Assembly: GCA_963924565.1 (NCBI GenBank)
Contig: OZ004607.1
Coordinates: forward strand, 7,130,001-7,194,000
DNA length: 64,000 bases
Origin: Ascidiella aspersa
Lineage: Eukaryota
Reading direction: 5' to 3'
Part shown: positions 25,863 to 40,800 of the stretch, in pieces
Layout: each line of letters begins with the position of its first letter
Position numbering within the stretch: the first letter of the stretch is position 1
Position numbers and translations under genes: made by a program
Notes under the pieces: generated by a model
Told to the model about the DNA's origin: nothing
What the model saw: only the letters and a program-made list of their open reading frames with translations
Databases searched by the model: none

Positions 25863-28800
25863 TCAATCGACGCCTTCGAATCCTTGCGCGCTTTCGATGG
25901 CCAGGTGCAGCTTTTGGCGCAGCTCTTCGAAAGTGTTGTAGGGCGGCAGATCGAGGCGGTTGAAACTGGAACAAACATGATTTTTTAAGCTCAGTGGAAG
26001 ACGTTTCTGACTAATTTAATTGTGTTGCAAACTTATGTTTGATTGCGATCGACTGGTTCAGTAAAAAAGTCACAACAACACCTATTTATTAAACATTTTG
26101 AGCGATAATTGCATTCCAAGCCAGCGATAGACGTTAATTTGTTACGTCAAAGAACGGTCTATGAGGCTTGTCCAGACAACAATTGGTCGTTTTAATGTTT
26201 CGCTTGTGCGCGATAGCTACTGTAATGACGTAACACATATTCGACGCGATCGACCGATCAAATGCAATCGACGTGTTGGCTACCCCTGATGTAAGCTACA
26301 ATCTATGGCTTAATGTCAAAGGACTGTCAGCAAATCGCGGCATTTATTCGTTCCTTACTTTAGTTAGCTTTACTACCTTGTATAATGTAGTGGTTGTAGG
26401 AGCAGATTGTTATTCAGTGTATGGTAATAACGTCTGTACTCGGCGGTTTCTGTTTAATCTAGATGTTTCGTTCGTATGTAGGTAATTACTCATACGAATT
26501 AATTGTTGCGTCTATTAAACATCATTTGTGCGGCTATCTGTGAAAACCCTAGCATTTTTGTATCTTCAAGCGGTATAAAGAGTCGGGTTGGTTTGGTTTA
26601 CCTAGAATCTCACGATAACTAACACATACAAGCGGCTTTAACGTTGGTTTCGCTGAACCGTGTATTAGAACGAACACAACATTTCAAGCTGGGCGGACCA
26701 ATTGATGCTATTTACTTGAAGGTCTTTTTTCTCGTACTGGAATATGTCGGTTGTTTCACACATTCGCTATAACTAATGTGATTGGTCGTTTAACGTCAAC
26801 ACTGTTAGGCTATGCACTTCGAGAAAATACCGCCAACGTTAATTTTCCGAACCTTATCTTAAAACTTAAACAACGTTTCATCGAAAAGTCAGTATAGTAG
26901 CGAGTGTAATATATAGTAAATGTTTTTGCCTTTTTTATTATAAACAACGAATACGGCGAAACTTGGACAACACTTTTTATTACCCCTTTTTGTCTCGTTA
27001 TTCGACCGAGTCGAGAATTTCAGGAAACTATGTCTAGCGTATTACTTGTTCATCGGCTTCTATTTAATGCATCCTAATAGAGTAAAGTTGAGATGAAGCT
27101 CTCTGTTCTAGCAATATCCGAGTTAATTTTTTTACATAAATTTTAAACTATAGAATTTTATTGATTTTTGACAGGCAAAATTGGCAATTGGCTGCAATGC
27201 GCAATCGAATCATCATGTCTATAGATGGTTCAGAGTTGGTTAAATGGGGACAACAACTTTTTTTGACTCACCAGGTGTGCGCTCTGGGCAGCTTATCGGG
27301 GGTTCCCCATCGCTCGATGGTGAACAGCTGGGGCCCGTTGCTTCCCCACAGCTCGGCAAAGCCGTTCATGGGGACCCGGGAAGTCCCCGTGACGAACTGG
27401 AGAAAGCGAACGCGGAGCTCGGGGTCCATGAGGAGGATTGCCTGGAGGAAGAAGTTGTGAAGAGGAACAAATCGAGAGAATGACTTGTCTCTAGTTTTTT
27501 AACAGTAGTGATACTATACGGGGAATCAGGCACCGAAATAGACATATCTTGTCAAAATAAAGAAAATATACCAATTTTCCGATGAAAATATTATAGCTAA
27601 ATCTAGATCGAGGCAACTGACGAAATAACCAAAATGCAGAAGACAAACTTTTGCCAAAATGTAATTAGTTTTACATATCACTGAAAGATTTAAAAGCAGT
27701 GACTTTGGTGCATTAGGGTCAGGGGCGGGCAACATACGGCCCGTGGGCCGGACCCTAAATGATAATGTGGCCCGCGTCCACAGTCTGCCGCAATCCCTCT
27801 ACTACTTGCTTATTACGTCAAATAATAGTGACTGATCGTTACTCTTTAGTTCTTCGTGTTTTTAGATTCTTTGTTTTGGGTTAAAATTAGATTTATAATT
27901 TACAATAAATATTTTGCCATGGATTTCGCCGAGAAACGTAAAGTTGACAAGGTGTGTCGCAAATTTAAAGGATTGAAAGCCCAAATACTTCACTCAATTC
28001 GGTATCAATTCAGCAACATGGCCCGCCAGTACTTCATTTTACCAAATCAGGCCAGACGACTGGAGAAGTTGCTCGCCCCTGATTTAGGCCATTGATATTT
28101 GGTGCATATGCCTTCACATAAACCATTGCAATGCTTTCCGAAAAAACTGGGGGACCCACCTTCCAGAAAAACTGTATGACAATGTGGTTGGCGGAGTAGT
28201 CGCCTTTGTAATTGGTGTTCCTCCGCCAGTCGTTGACGTCGACGTCACCAAGTCCGCACATGAGAAGCTCGAGCTCGTTTTCGTCGAAGATCTTCAGCAG
28301 ATTGCTCGGGATAACCTCGTTGAAGCCCTGGGAGGTTGTAAATAATTGCAAGCAAGGCGAAAAAACGAGGAGAAGTGTAAAGACCGTGCATTTTGTTGTG
28401 CAAGTTGGACAATTGCACAGTGTAAATTTGCCTTTTCTTGCAAACCCGCTTTTGTGCATTTTTTTATAATTAGATCAAGATCTTCAGAGTTTTCAACGAT
28501 GTTTTATATTTATACGGTACTCCGTTTTCAACACGTCGGTCTTATTCCGTGTCTTGCGTTACCGTTTTTCTACCTCTTTTTATTTCCTACTTAAGAAAAA
28601 TTGTTGGTGATCAAATAAACTGACCAATAGTTAAAAAGTCACATTATTTGACCAAAAGGCAGCCTGGCACGTTTTGAAGTGGCGCGAACCGACTCGACAT
28701 GTCGGAGTGGTCAGTTATCGCGTCAGCTGTTATTAAAACCAAATGACAAAAAAAATGTTGTTGTTAAATGACAGCGGTTCTCAACTGTGGGGAATTTATT

Positions 28801-31800
28801 GTCAGTATTAAGTCATATGCCTAAACTATTGAATAAGATAATAGCGATATGCTATTAATTTATCTATTTTCAAAACATAAATTTGATAGCTTGACTAAAT
28901 TTTTAAAACAAAATGAATTGAACTTACGTGCAAGAAGCTCTTCATTTGTTCCTGTACGCGCGACACGAATCTCCACTTAATCACCAATCTGCAATAACAT
29001 GGCATAATGTAAAAATAACTTAGCAGTGGTATAGGCGCCAACAAGCTTTCAAAGACCTACTGTATATTTATATAGAGTTGTGTATACAATGCATTTTGAG
29101 CAGCTGCATTTAAAAGGAATATGGTGAACAGCGTTTTAACTTTTTCAATTTGTATTTTAGTGGTTGATGAGTGCAATTAAAAAAATAAACCACGCTGGAC
29201 TGGTCGGCTCACGAATAGACTTCGTGGATATTGTTTTTTAATTATGAAACGACAAAAAAAAAATAACGAGGTCCAAGGGTTCAGTACGATTTACGACTTT
29301 TCCCATGCACTGCGTTTAACCTTGATTAGTAAAGTGTGTGCTTAGCTAGTGCTAGTCGGTCGCGATGAGAAGTCCTGGACGACAGCGGAATGTCATAACA
29401 GGACACCACCAAGAATTGTTATTATGGCGAGATGAGTAAGGTTTTGAACAGGGCTGCGGATTCGGGTAAAACAACCCCAAATTTAGCTACAAGCGAAAAA
29501 TAAACTGGAATTCGACTCCGGCCATTTTATAAAAATCCGTCAAGAGCAGAGTCCGGCTCGACTCAACAGCCTGTATTCCACTGATTAAGCATATACAGGA
29601 AAGAGCAATCATATATCAGCAATCCACACATAGCGTTGTTATACAACTCTTCCACCCGCAATACGTGGTTGGAAAATATTCCACCATTTGTTACTATACT
29701 TTTACGATTTTCATTTTGCAGCCATACGAGTCTCAAAATCTGGTACTGCGCATGCGCACGTCTGACTTTGGACTCAGATTGCCCAACTCGATTCCCGAGT
29801 CCGACAAAGAGATAAACCGAACTGTGTCGTGTACCCAGTCCCGAGTCCGAGTGTTAGATACCCTTGGTTTTTGGAGCGAGTATATAAATTCGGGCTATAC
29901 ATATGCAACGAAAACAAAAGGAAAGCGAACGATTTTCGTTGCATAAGTATAGCCCGAATTACGATACTCGCAGAGTGTGACAAAGAAATACAGGTACTAA
30001 ATTGATACGATGGTCGAACTCCATGACAGAACTCACTGAATGTACTCCCGCTTGTTCTCATTGGAAACCGGGATTTCGCTGCCGTTCTCCTTGAGGTCGT
30101 TGACCTTCATTTGACCAAAGAGCTCTTCGTCGACCGTGAAGCACAGTTCGAGGTCACTGGGGTCATTTTCCAGGATCCACTTGAGGGAGTTGTAGTACTC
30201 GCTGTCCTGCGGATGCAAGAGAAGAAAGTGTGTTAAAATAAAAGAAAAAAGACAAACATGAGACAGTAGGAAATGTGTTAAAATAAAAGAAAAAGGCAAA
30301 AAACACAAACATGAGAGAGAGCAGGAAATGTGTTAAATAAAAAAAAGACAAACATGAAAGAGAAGGAAATGTGTTAAAATAAAAGAAAAAGGCAATGTGT
30401 CACACAAAGAACACTCCATGATAAAAAAACAACAATAAACGTTGGTTGCCCAGAAGAAAAGGGAGCCTAAATTGGGCCTTGCGCGAAATAAAGTCTATTG
30501 AGAAAACTGATGTATAATCAAAGACATTGAAAATCTAAAAAAAAAAAAATTTTTCATAATCTTTACAAAAAAAATCTATTCTAACATCTATAAATTCCTT
30601 AATGGAACCCCAACTTAGTTTATTTTAATAAAAATGTAAAAGGCCAATGTATTTTAACAAAGGGGACCGGTCGAAATTTGTGGCCATACAAACCAACCTC
30701 ATTAGACAGGGCTGCAAGCCTGCCACACAATTTATGCAAAACATGTAAAGACATTCAAGGACTTAAAAAAGAATGAATGCCATGGTCAACACAAAAAAAA
30801 TTACTTGAAATAATTGTTTTACTACAGAATCTTCTAAAAACAACTTAAGCTGAAACATAAAATAAATTACAACACTAATAATTAGTTAGACGAAAAATTA
30901 TATATAGAGTTTATCAAAGACCTCCCTGTTAGAAGTTCTATAAAAGGGTATTGCAGAAAGTAAAACTGGTAATATGAAAAAAACACTCGCGTTTATATGA
31001 TCTTTCTTTGCAAATAATAATAGTTTGAGATCTCACCACAGCCTCCATGTCGCGCAGAGTGATCGGTTTTCCCAGCATCATCTTGTAGAAGGGGCGAATG
31101 AAGAAAGCTGCAAAAAACACGAAAAAATGTTAAGGTAACTATTGTATACCGGCAGATACTGATGCCACAATAGACCGTTATAAGATATATGATTGTTTCA
31201 AATATAATACGCGCAAGGCTGTCTCTTCAAGTAAGGCTTTTTAAGGTTTACTTGAATTGCTTCTCAGTCACACTAACTTAAGATGATACAAGCTCGTATC
31301 GAAACGTCCTAATCAAGATGATGTCGATCTACTCGACCTTTTTGGCTTTGAAATTCATTATCAAGCTACATAACAGATACGTGCATAGTGTACCCAGGTT
31401 TTACATACTATATATTTTTTAAAATAGTTCCCTCTCCGGGCGCTAGTAAATTAAAGAGATAAAACTAGACCAAAAAGTATATTTTTTATGTGGACAGGCG
31501 TTATCACTCTACAACGTACGCCTAGGGTTAAAACTGGTGATATCTTTTTGCATAGGTAAAATGACAGCAAAATATAGTAAAAACGGAACCTTACTTTTTT
31601 AAAGTTGTAATAAAAACGAAGTTTTTTTGTAATAAATCAGCCTGTTGTGATGTTATATGATAATACATTCAAACAAACTGGTTTTCGGTTTACGAGGTTC
31701 TGTACTTATTTTAACCTTAGAATTACGAACGTAAATTTACTGAAATCCGTTTTTATAGCCTCACCGTCCAAGAGTTTTCCGTGGAAAACCGCCATTCCCG

Positions 31801-34800
31801 CCACGCGCCCAATGAAGCGGAACCACTCGAAGTGGTCCTCGTTGCACATTCCCGAGTTGGGGTTGATCTGCAGCGTGTAGTTGTCCCTATGACGACACAA
31901 AGACGGTTCTGATAACTTGCAGTTTAGGATAATAAAAGTCAGGGATACGGAGCCGAAGACATTTTTTTAAATTAATACAGCTAAAGCTATGAAACTTTTG
32001 TCCGCTCCATCTGTAGTATTTGGAAATCTTTGAAAAAACTCTTTGCCTTGGAAAAATTCTGTACAGCATTATTTTTATGAAACGATATTTATTGATGATT
32101 TCACAGGGAACATCTTTGTAGCCAGTTTACAGCAAAGACGCAACTAAGCGTACATATTCACTTCTTACTTGGTGCCATTTAATATGTTTTTATACGAAAC
32201 TGGACCCGAAGCCATGGTATATTTTTACGATGGCTTTGGATGTAGAGCTGGAGCCGGAGCAAATGCTATTTCACGATGGCTCCTCAGCCCTGGTGTGAGT
32301 TGAAACCTCATTGCAAGCTAGTTGTTTTTCCAGCCTGTCCCTTTTTGTTTGCACTATAATCCTGACCAAGCTGACTGATTTCGGTAAACATATCCGAAGG
32401 CATCTGGTGTACCATACTACGGATTTTTGCACTTTACGACACGTTAATTCGTACAAACGAGGATTATATCAGCCACGAGCTTCTTTACTGGACGCGACGA
32501 ATTAAATATCGATGGGAAAGGAAAGCAAAAAATTCTCTTAGTGTAAATATTACGTACCAAGACGGTTATGACCCTAAATGTCCGATAATATCGTATCGAT
32601 GCCCGCACATGTAGGCCGCACAGTTTAAGGAGGTGCCGTGGTATATTTTAACAGAAGGACGCTACTGTTATCAAGCATTGTAAGTAATCAAGCAATAATG
32701 TTGTGAAAATATATGACTTGAACTCGATTCACGGGACACGGTCTATTTAGGTGTGATCCTGTTTTATCTGATTGTTGTTTTGTCTTCGCTAAGAAAAGTT
32801 ATAGATCGGACGACAGTACTTTCTACAAAATTAATATGTAACAGTATAGGAATAACAAAACATAGTGATCACCAGATACAATAATGCCTCAAGACAAAAA
32901 ACCCTATTCCATTGCAAAAATTGCAAGTTATAGCATGCACAAAGAGGCGTCGCGGTTGCTATTTATCGAGAGTCATTGGGTAAGTATTGACGCGCTGATC
33001 AAACAAGTTTACGATTGTTTAAGCAGCAACAATAAATGTTTAATGTCTGCGCTTGTTGTGGGAGTTATGTAACGTATTCGTTGCGTAACTTGCATCCTTT
33101 CCAAAATCAGGAAGTGTGTCGTGTAGTACACCGAAAGCCATTGCAGTCGTGTAGTTTATACTTTATTACAATACCGTACATTACAGCAAAATGTATGGCA
33201 TGTAAAGGTCATCTAAAGTAACTAATGGTTATAAATCCTCTCAAGAATTTCCATACGGTAATACACTTTTATACGGAAATAATACCTATAGCAAATACGG
33301 CACGAAATGTTTTAGCCTTCTTATGCGCGACGCGTTCGTTTAAATTAGCAAACTTTTTGCCAAATTAAGCGACGCACTGGATGTTTAGTTGTAAAAATCG
33401 CCAAAACATGTTAAGTTATACGTACAGGCTTAGAAACGGAAGTCACATTTGAAAGCGATTTGCATCGAAAAAACACGAGCGTTGGACCCGAAAAAAAAAG
33501 TTGTAGGTTAGAACAGACATAATTTTAAAGCGTATACATTTGATGTTCGTTTCAATATACTTCTGGTTTTATGACTGAAACATGTTCTTAAACCGCTGGA
33601 CCTTTGTAAAAACTACGCCAAAAACAGGGGTGCGCCGTTATAACACATTTCTAAGTATGTCTGGAAACCGCCTAATCAGATCGAAACCGACTAAGCAAGC
33701 TTCCAAACGTGTTGACTGATGTTTGCCACAGATGCCAACTTGAAGTGATCCAGCTTGGCAGGAGTAAAACCATATTTACAACTCGACCAGAGTAGCTTCA
33801 CAATTTGCCGACGAGTATGAACATTGAACATGCATACTCTGTTCAAATAAGGTTTTGCATATATAAGCGTATTGCACGTACATGTTACTTAGAAAGCAAA
33901 AGAGCATTGCTTGTAAAATGCAGGAAGGTATAAATGACTTTTATAAGATTTTAAGCGAACTGTCCGCAATAGGCAAAGATTCAAACTTGAAGTTGCATCG
34001 ATAAATAAATGACAGAATAATCATAATTAAACTGTATATGAGTTATGACCACGATATCTACGTTAACATCTTCAAATTAGGCCACCGCTAAAAAAATAAC
34101 CGTAACTATAAACGAATTCCGACCCTTTTTAGCAACCTAACAGGAACAGCATTACAACATAATAAAAAAATCAAGATAAAAAAAAACATCTGTGTTAAAA
34201 AATCAGTAATCAGGTGACGAGGCGCAACATAACAACTATTTTGTTTACGGTGGCAAGACAGGAAAAACGACCAATTGGAGCACGAAGGACAATCGGGATT
34301 TTTGATATCGTTCGTTGTAAATCGTCGAGAAACCTAGATTTAGAACGGGTTCGTCGTAAAGTCGCGCGACTTCAATAGTGTGACGTCACAAACGTAAACA
34401 AACGGGTGTTTCGTTTGGGGAGAGAATTTACGTGAAAAATGTGTTTTCTCACACGAACGAGAGATTGTAAAACTGTTCGCCGCTTTTAATATGCAAAGCG
34501 AATTCATTGGGCCGCAGTGAAGCAAACAAATCATTAACAGTGTGTTTTTAAAAACAATTTTTTTTCGGTTACCTAGATTTTTTTAAAACGTGAAAAATCT
34601 CCCAACAGCACAATTTCCAATTTGAAAAAGAATCAAATACAGCCAATTAGCCAAGTAGTATTTGGTGAATAATTAAAAGAGGGCACAGACCTCAGCAAAA
34701 ACAGCTAAATGAAACAGGCGATATGCCATTCCCAGATAGCTCAAAGTAAAACCTTATATGGGAGTAAAATCAGTTTTATCGCGCCCTTTCGGTTTCAAAT

Positions 34801-37800
34801 CATTCAAATTCGAGCGCGACTAAAGTGGGAACTCGCCCATTACGGCCGACCGCGGCGCCAATTCTTACGTCACAATTGCGAGTTTGCGGGCGAGACGATC
34901 TGCCCCACGGGAAAACGAAATACGGGTGAAGTTCGCTGTGATTAGAGTAGCTTTGTCACGGACCGAAATGTGTATTTGAAGCCTGAAAACGGTTTGTGAT
35001 TTTACCCGACTAAGTATTTTGCTACAAGAAAAACGTTAAAAGTGACTAGGTTTGTCCGATATTTGACTTTTTTTGCCGCGGACCCCTAATTTTTTTTTTG
35101 CTTTGCATGGACCCCGGTAGGGCAGGGGTTCTTAAACTTTTTTTGCCGCGGACCCCTAAATTTTTTTTTGCTTTGCATGGACCCCGGTAGGGCAGGGGTT
35201 CTTAAACTTTTTTTTGCCGCGGACCCCTAAATTTTTTTTTGCTTTGCATGGACCCCGGTAGGGCAGGGGTTCTTAAACTTTTTTTGCCGCGGACCCCTAA
35301 ATTTTTTTTTGCTTTGCATGGACCCCGGTAGGGAAGGGGTTCTTAACTTTTTTTACCGCGGACCCCTAAATTTTTTTTTTGCTTTGCATGGACCCCGGTA
35401 GGGAAGGGGTTCTTAAACTTTTTTTACCGCAGACCCCTAAATTTTTTTTTTGCTTTACATGGACCCCGGTAGGGCAGGGGTTCTTAAACTTTTTTTGCCG
35501 CGGACCCCTAAATTTTTTTTTGCTTTGCATGGACCCCGGTAGGGAAGGGGTTCTTAAACTTTTTTTGCCGCGGACCCCTAAATTTTTTTTTTGCTTTACA
35601 TGGACCCCGGTAGGGCAGGGGTTCTTAAACTTTTTTTGCCGCGGACCCCTAAATTTTTTTTTTGCTTTGCATGGACCCCGGTAGGGCAGGGGTTCTTAAA
35701 CTATTTTTGCCGCGGACCCCTAAATTTTTTTTTGCTTTGCATGGACCCCAGTATGGCAGGGGTTCTTAAACTTTTTTTACCGAGGACCCCTAAATTTTTT
35801 TTCGCTTTGCATGGACCCCAGTATGGCAGGGGTTCTTAAACTTTTTTTACCGCGGACCCCTACATTTTTTTTCGCTTTGCATGGACCCCAGTATGGCAGG
35901 GGTTCTTAAACTTTTTTTACCGCGGACCCCTACATTTTTTTTCGCTTTGCATGGACCCCAGTATGGCAGGGGTTCTTAAACTTTTTTTACCGCGGACCCC
36001 GAAATTTTTTTTCGCTTTGCATGGACCCCAGTAGGGCAGGGGTTCTTAAACTTTTTTTACCGCAGACCCCTAAATTTTTTTTTGCCTTGCATGGACCCCG
36101 GTAGGGCAGGGGTTCTTAAACTTTTTTACCGCAGACCCCTACATTTTTTTTGCTCTGACGCCGAAACGCTGTTTTGGAAAAAAAAAGGATCTCGATCCGA
36201 TACTAAATGACGTCATTAATATGCTCAAATATTTAAAATAGAGGAATTTTTAAAAAATGGCTAAAATCGAACGAAATAGATGAAAGCATGGATTAAATCG
36301 AAACGCCGAAGGTATTTTTTACAGATTATTAGTTCAAAAATTACTTTTGCGGCAAGTTTGTTTACCTGCGGTTCATAACCTACTATTTTTTATTGATTTA
36401 TCTATCAAGGTTGAATCGCAGCGTTGAATTACAAATCAAGGCAAAAATCCCTATATCAATTTAATATAAGGTATCGGCTCCGATCCGATATTATCACATA
36501 TTAAAAGTGACTGCTGCAAAATAGGACAGAATCAAAAAAATGGACTTTTACTTTGGAACACTATATACGGATCTGTTCATAAGTTTAATGGTGAAAATAA
36601 CGGTTTGAAAATAAAGCATGTCGCTTTTAACGTCTATTTGGGCCGTTATTTCCACCATTGGAATTTTACTACTTTGGGTATTGAGTTTTTGAATAAAAAA
36701 ATGCTATTCAGCATTACATCACGTAAACACAAAAGAAGTTAGATTCAGTTAAACTTGGATAAAACAGTATGTTACGTATGTTACGCTGATCAAAACTGTA
36801 CTAAAACCCGGCGTATATTTTAAATTGCAGTGTCCCTACAAAAAAAACAGACAAGTGTTTTGCGATAAATGTAAAAATAGAGTATATTATAATTACCCCC
36901 CCCGCCCCACCTAAAAATATATAAAATGAAATTATTTAGTAAAAATATGTCCAGAAGTTGATATTCTGGGTTAGTTATTCTAGACGCGAAACCTTTTTTT
37001 TTAATTCACTGGGATTCTACTCAAACAACCCTAGTACAAAGAAATGTAGGCCTACACCACGAAAAATCACTCTTTTCGCTTACGTGGCCGAATACTCGAA
37101 GAGCCCGTAGTAAGGGTTGAACATCTCCTTGGAGAGCAGGTAGAACCACTCCCTCGCCACGCCCCCATAGTCGAGTCCCTTTTCGCCTCGAAACTCGATC
37201 CAGAGACGCGCCTTAAGCAGGTCGGCCTTGCGCACTTTACTGATGGCGCGATAGGAGTCGTTTAGGATGGTCCGTCGGTCGACCTTCATCTCAAAACGGT
37301 TGGGAAGATCGCGCTGTAAGGAAAAGATGCATTACAGCGTTGATTGGATGAAAATGTTTTCTAGACTTCGCCAGTTTGTGTGCCCCAAAGTGAAACCACA
37401 CGCACGAGTCTTTTCCTTACAAAGCAATGGTTTACCCATATTGACGACACTGGGCGGGACTTTTTTAGGATCGCGCTTTTTTCAGTCGTTTGCCTCTTTA
37501 AAGACAACCTCGCTCCTCTGAAACCTCGGTCGTTTGCATGCCGCTTGTGAATCTTTTTAGCGGATCGAAGGCGGCAAGAATTCGTGTGGATTTAGATCTC
37601 TAGCCGATCCGACAAATTCTAAAGATCTCTAGTTAGATCTCTAGCGTATATTACATTTATGTATAATGAAAAAGCATAGTTTGGAAGTTCTATCTATAGC
37701 CTATTGCCTATATGGTAATTCATGAAACTTTTAAACATTTTTTATACACTAAAACTGTGCTACAGGAATTGGTTTTGCACAGTTATTGATAACTTTGGTG

Positions 37801-40800
37801 AATTTCAGGGCGTCTAAAAACGCCCTGCACGCCTATCTTCGGCGCCTATGCGCACAACCGATTGGTCGAAATGTTTAGATCTCTAGCCGATCCGACAAAT
37901 TCGAAAGGCCTTAGGAGGGCGAAAATCTCATTTCTTCGGCCTTGAGTAGATAGCTGCTGATCTACTGGCCTACGCTTATAGAATGGACATGCCATACACC
38001 ACGAATAAAATGTAGAACTGGAGTAGTTTAACAAATAATACTAACCCTAAAACCAACCGAACCAGTTTACACCAAAGGCAATTTGTTTTACCCTAAAAGC
38101 ATGTGACGTTTTAAAAATTATGAAGGTTGGGCAAAAAATGTATCTTTATGCCAATGAGAAAAAAAATTACACTCAAATACTAAATAGTTGAGATCACACA
38201 GTACAGCAGTTAAAATATTGCATATACGAAAATTCACAACAGAATAAATAAACTGTCGCGCGTATGAATTGATAAAGCTTTACTGCATAGAAAACACTTT
38301 ACTTACCGGAACAGTTTTGCTGAGCTTGCTCTTGAAAAACTCGTACTTCTGCTTGTAATCTCGCGAGTACGGGATCGCCTGTAGAGAAACAAATGAAAGT
38401 TAAACACGAAAAAAGCCGAAAGCTACCTGGGAAGGATTTTGGTGCAAGAAAAGCTAAACTATTTAAATTAGAGTGGACAAAGAGAATCTTTTTCGGGAAA
38501 ATTTATCTAAACTCTCACTATTTTCTATGAAATTTACTGTTCAAAGTGGAAAACGCTCAGTTAAATATAAGCAGTCGAACAAGTGGCATCGGGTTTCGAT
38601 CGATCAAAATACGAAAATATAATACATCCCTTCATTGGTATGTTTGGGTATAGCCAACAGTCCGGTATGAATAGAAAACTATCGCCGCCGAAATAACAAT
38701 AAGCCTTTTTTTTTTTGAAAAGCAGACTTACCGGGCCGGTGATCTCCGGGTTCTGGAGCCTTGGGTCTTCCCACTGCGTTCTGTGGTTTACTGGAGAAAA
38801 AAGGCAAAAGTTTAACGTATATCTGTCTCGGTCTGGCAAAAAAACAGCACCTTTCCTGCAAAAGTACAGTTCTAATCTGGCAATATGATTGTCAAGTCGA
38901 GGATTTATCTGGTTCCTGTACATATTTAGATTTTTTAAATCAAGGCAAAAAAAATGTTTTGACTTTATCCCAAAAGAGTTAAGAGTGGAATATTTTACGT
39001 CTTTAACAGTCGCATATTGGCCGACATGTGTTGAACTTTAACTAATGCCAGTAAAACATATTTAAAACTTGTAAAAATGGAAAATAAAATCACATCGAAG
39101 CGAGTTGATTTGAAAAAGCGTCGTCCCAACACTGGCTTTATTCAAAGAAAGTACAAGTACACAGCGGTTTCAATGCAATCCCGTTCGAAAATGCTCTTGT
39201 CTGTAATGTCACAGACCACAGATCTTTAGCAAAACAATCGGCGGTAAATGAAGGTATTTGAGGGCGCGCCCCTGGCCGACCAACATAGGTACAAAGGTTT
39301 GCTAAACAAACGTCGCGTATTTGTTCAGCTATCCATTATACACCTCACGCAAGCTATTCGTTTTCTCTGACGCATCAGGAGGCAGTTTTATTGCGATGAC
39401 TCGGCTTGAAGTGCATTAAACATCACCACATGAAGTAACACAGTATAGAGACGCGATGAAGCATCAATCGTTCTGAGTTTGACGCTGAAACCAATCTATT
39501 TAGCATGTGCTGATTAGACCTTTGGTTTTCTCATGTCTGTTTATTGACTTGGTTGTTCAAGAGCCGTTGTCTCGCACCAAAAAAGACGCACAACCATAGG
39601 CGCGAACTTTCAAAATTCCAGAGCGTTATTTTCTAACCAATGTAAAATTGCTTATTAATTAGATAAAAAATGTAAGCTCATAGAAAACAGTCTATGCGCT
39701 GTTGTAAGTTATCAGTGAACCAAACCATTTCGTCTTTTAAAATTTTCTTATACTGCTTTGGGCTAAAAAAGTCCATTGAAATGGGCAATACATAGTTCAT
39801 TAAATCAAACAAAAACAAATTATATTTAGGTATAATTTAAAAACATAGTTTGGAAGTTCTACTGCCTTGTCTTCTATATGGTAATGCATGGAAATTTTAA
39901 ACACCTTATATAAACTAAACCTGTACTACAGGAATTGATTTTTCACAGTTATTGATAACTTTGGTGAATTTCAGGGCGTCTAAAAACGCTCTGCACACAC
40001 GATCGGCGCCTATGCGCACAACCGATTGGTCGAAATGTTTGCAAACAAAACGCCCACAATTGCAATGCTATAACGTTGTTCTGAATAACGCTTTGCGTTG
40101 ATGGCTCTTTTTTGTTGAACGGTGTGTTTGGTTGACCCATCGTCACTTAAAACATTCAAAACGTGCAACAACGTGTAAAGAACGTGGCGGCCCGGCTCAC
40201 CCAAACAGCCATGACACTCTAATAAGCAACAAATGTAATCCACATGCTTTACATGGCTGTTTTAAGTTAGCCTAAATCCCTTTTCCCCTTTCTACCCCGT
40301 TTCATATTAACTGGTAATATGATGCAAGAGCGTAGGGTGGGGAAAAGTCCCAAGTTTTAAGTCACCCGCCCAACATCCTTTAATTACTAACCTAAATAAT
40401 TTTTCAAGCTGTAGAACAACCACCCCATAACTCAAACTTAAAGTAATTCATTGTACAGTATTTTTAGTTTTTACTTATGAGGTGTTTATTTTAACAAGTC
40501 AAGTCAAAAGGGGTACGCTAGGTGAAAAAATTCAGAACCACTGATCAATACAATACAAATGGTTCAGCAGGTGGGAATCATGCAACGGTAATGGTCAAAA
40601 AGGAGGCGTTTTCCAAGTTGCAAAGAAATTCGGACTTCTAACGCCATGAAGTCATCCGCGTGCGCTTTGGCGAAGGTAAACACGCACAACGCGTACCCGA
40701 ATGGCTCGAAGTCACTTATTAACAGGCATCGCGAGGGTTTATTGAGCGTTTGCGGTTCAACGGGAGCGCCGTGTGTGTTTACAACGCATTCGACAAATTT

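Noticed and set aside
35067-36153. Possible CRISPR array, or the coding ORFs at 35379 and 35591
   Set aside because: Units are contiguous with no unique spacers, there are no cas genes and the context is eukaryotic; the ORFs are by-products of the repeat.
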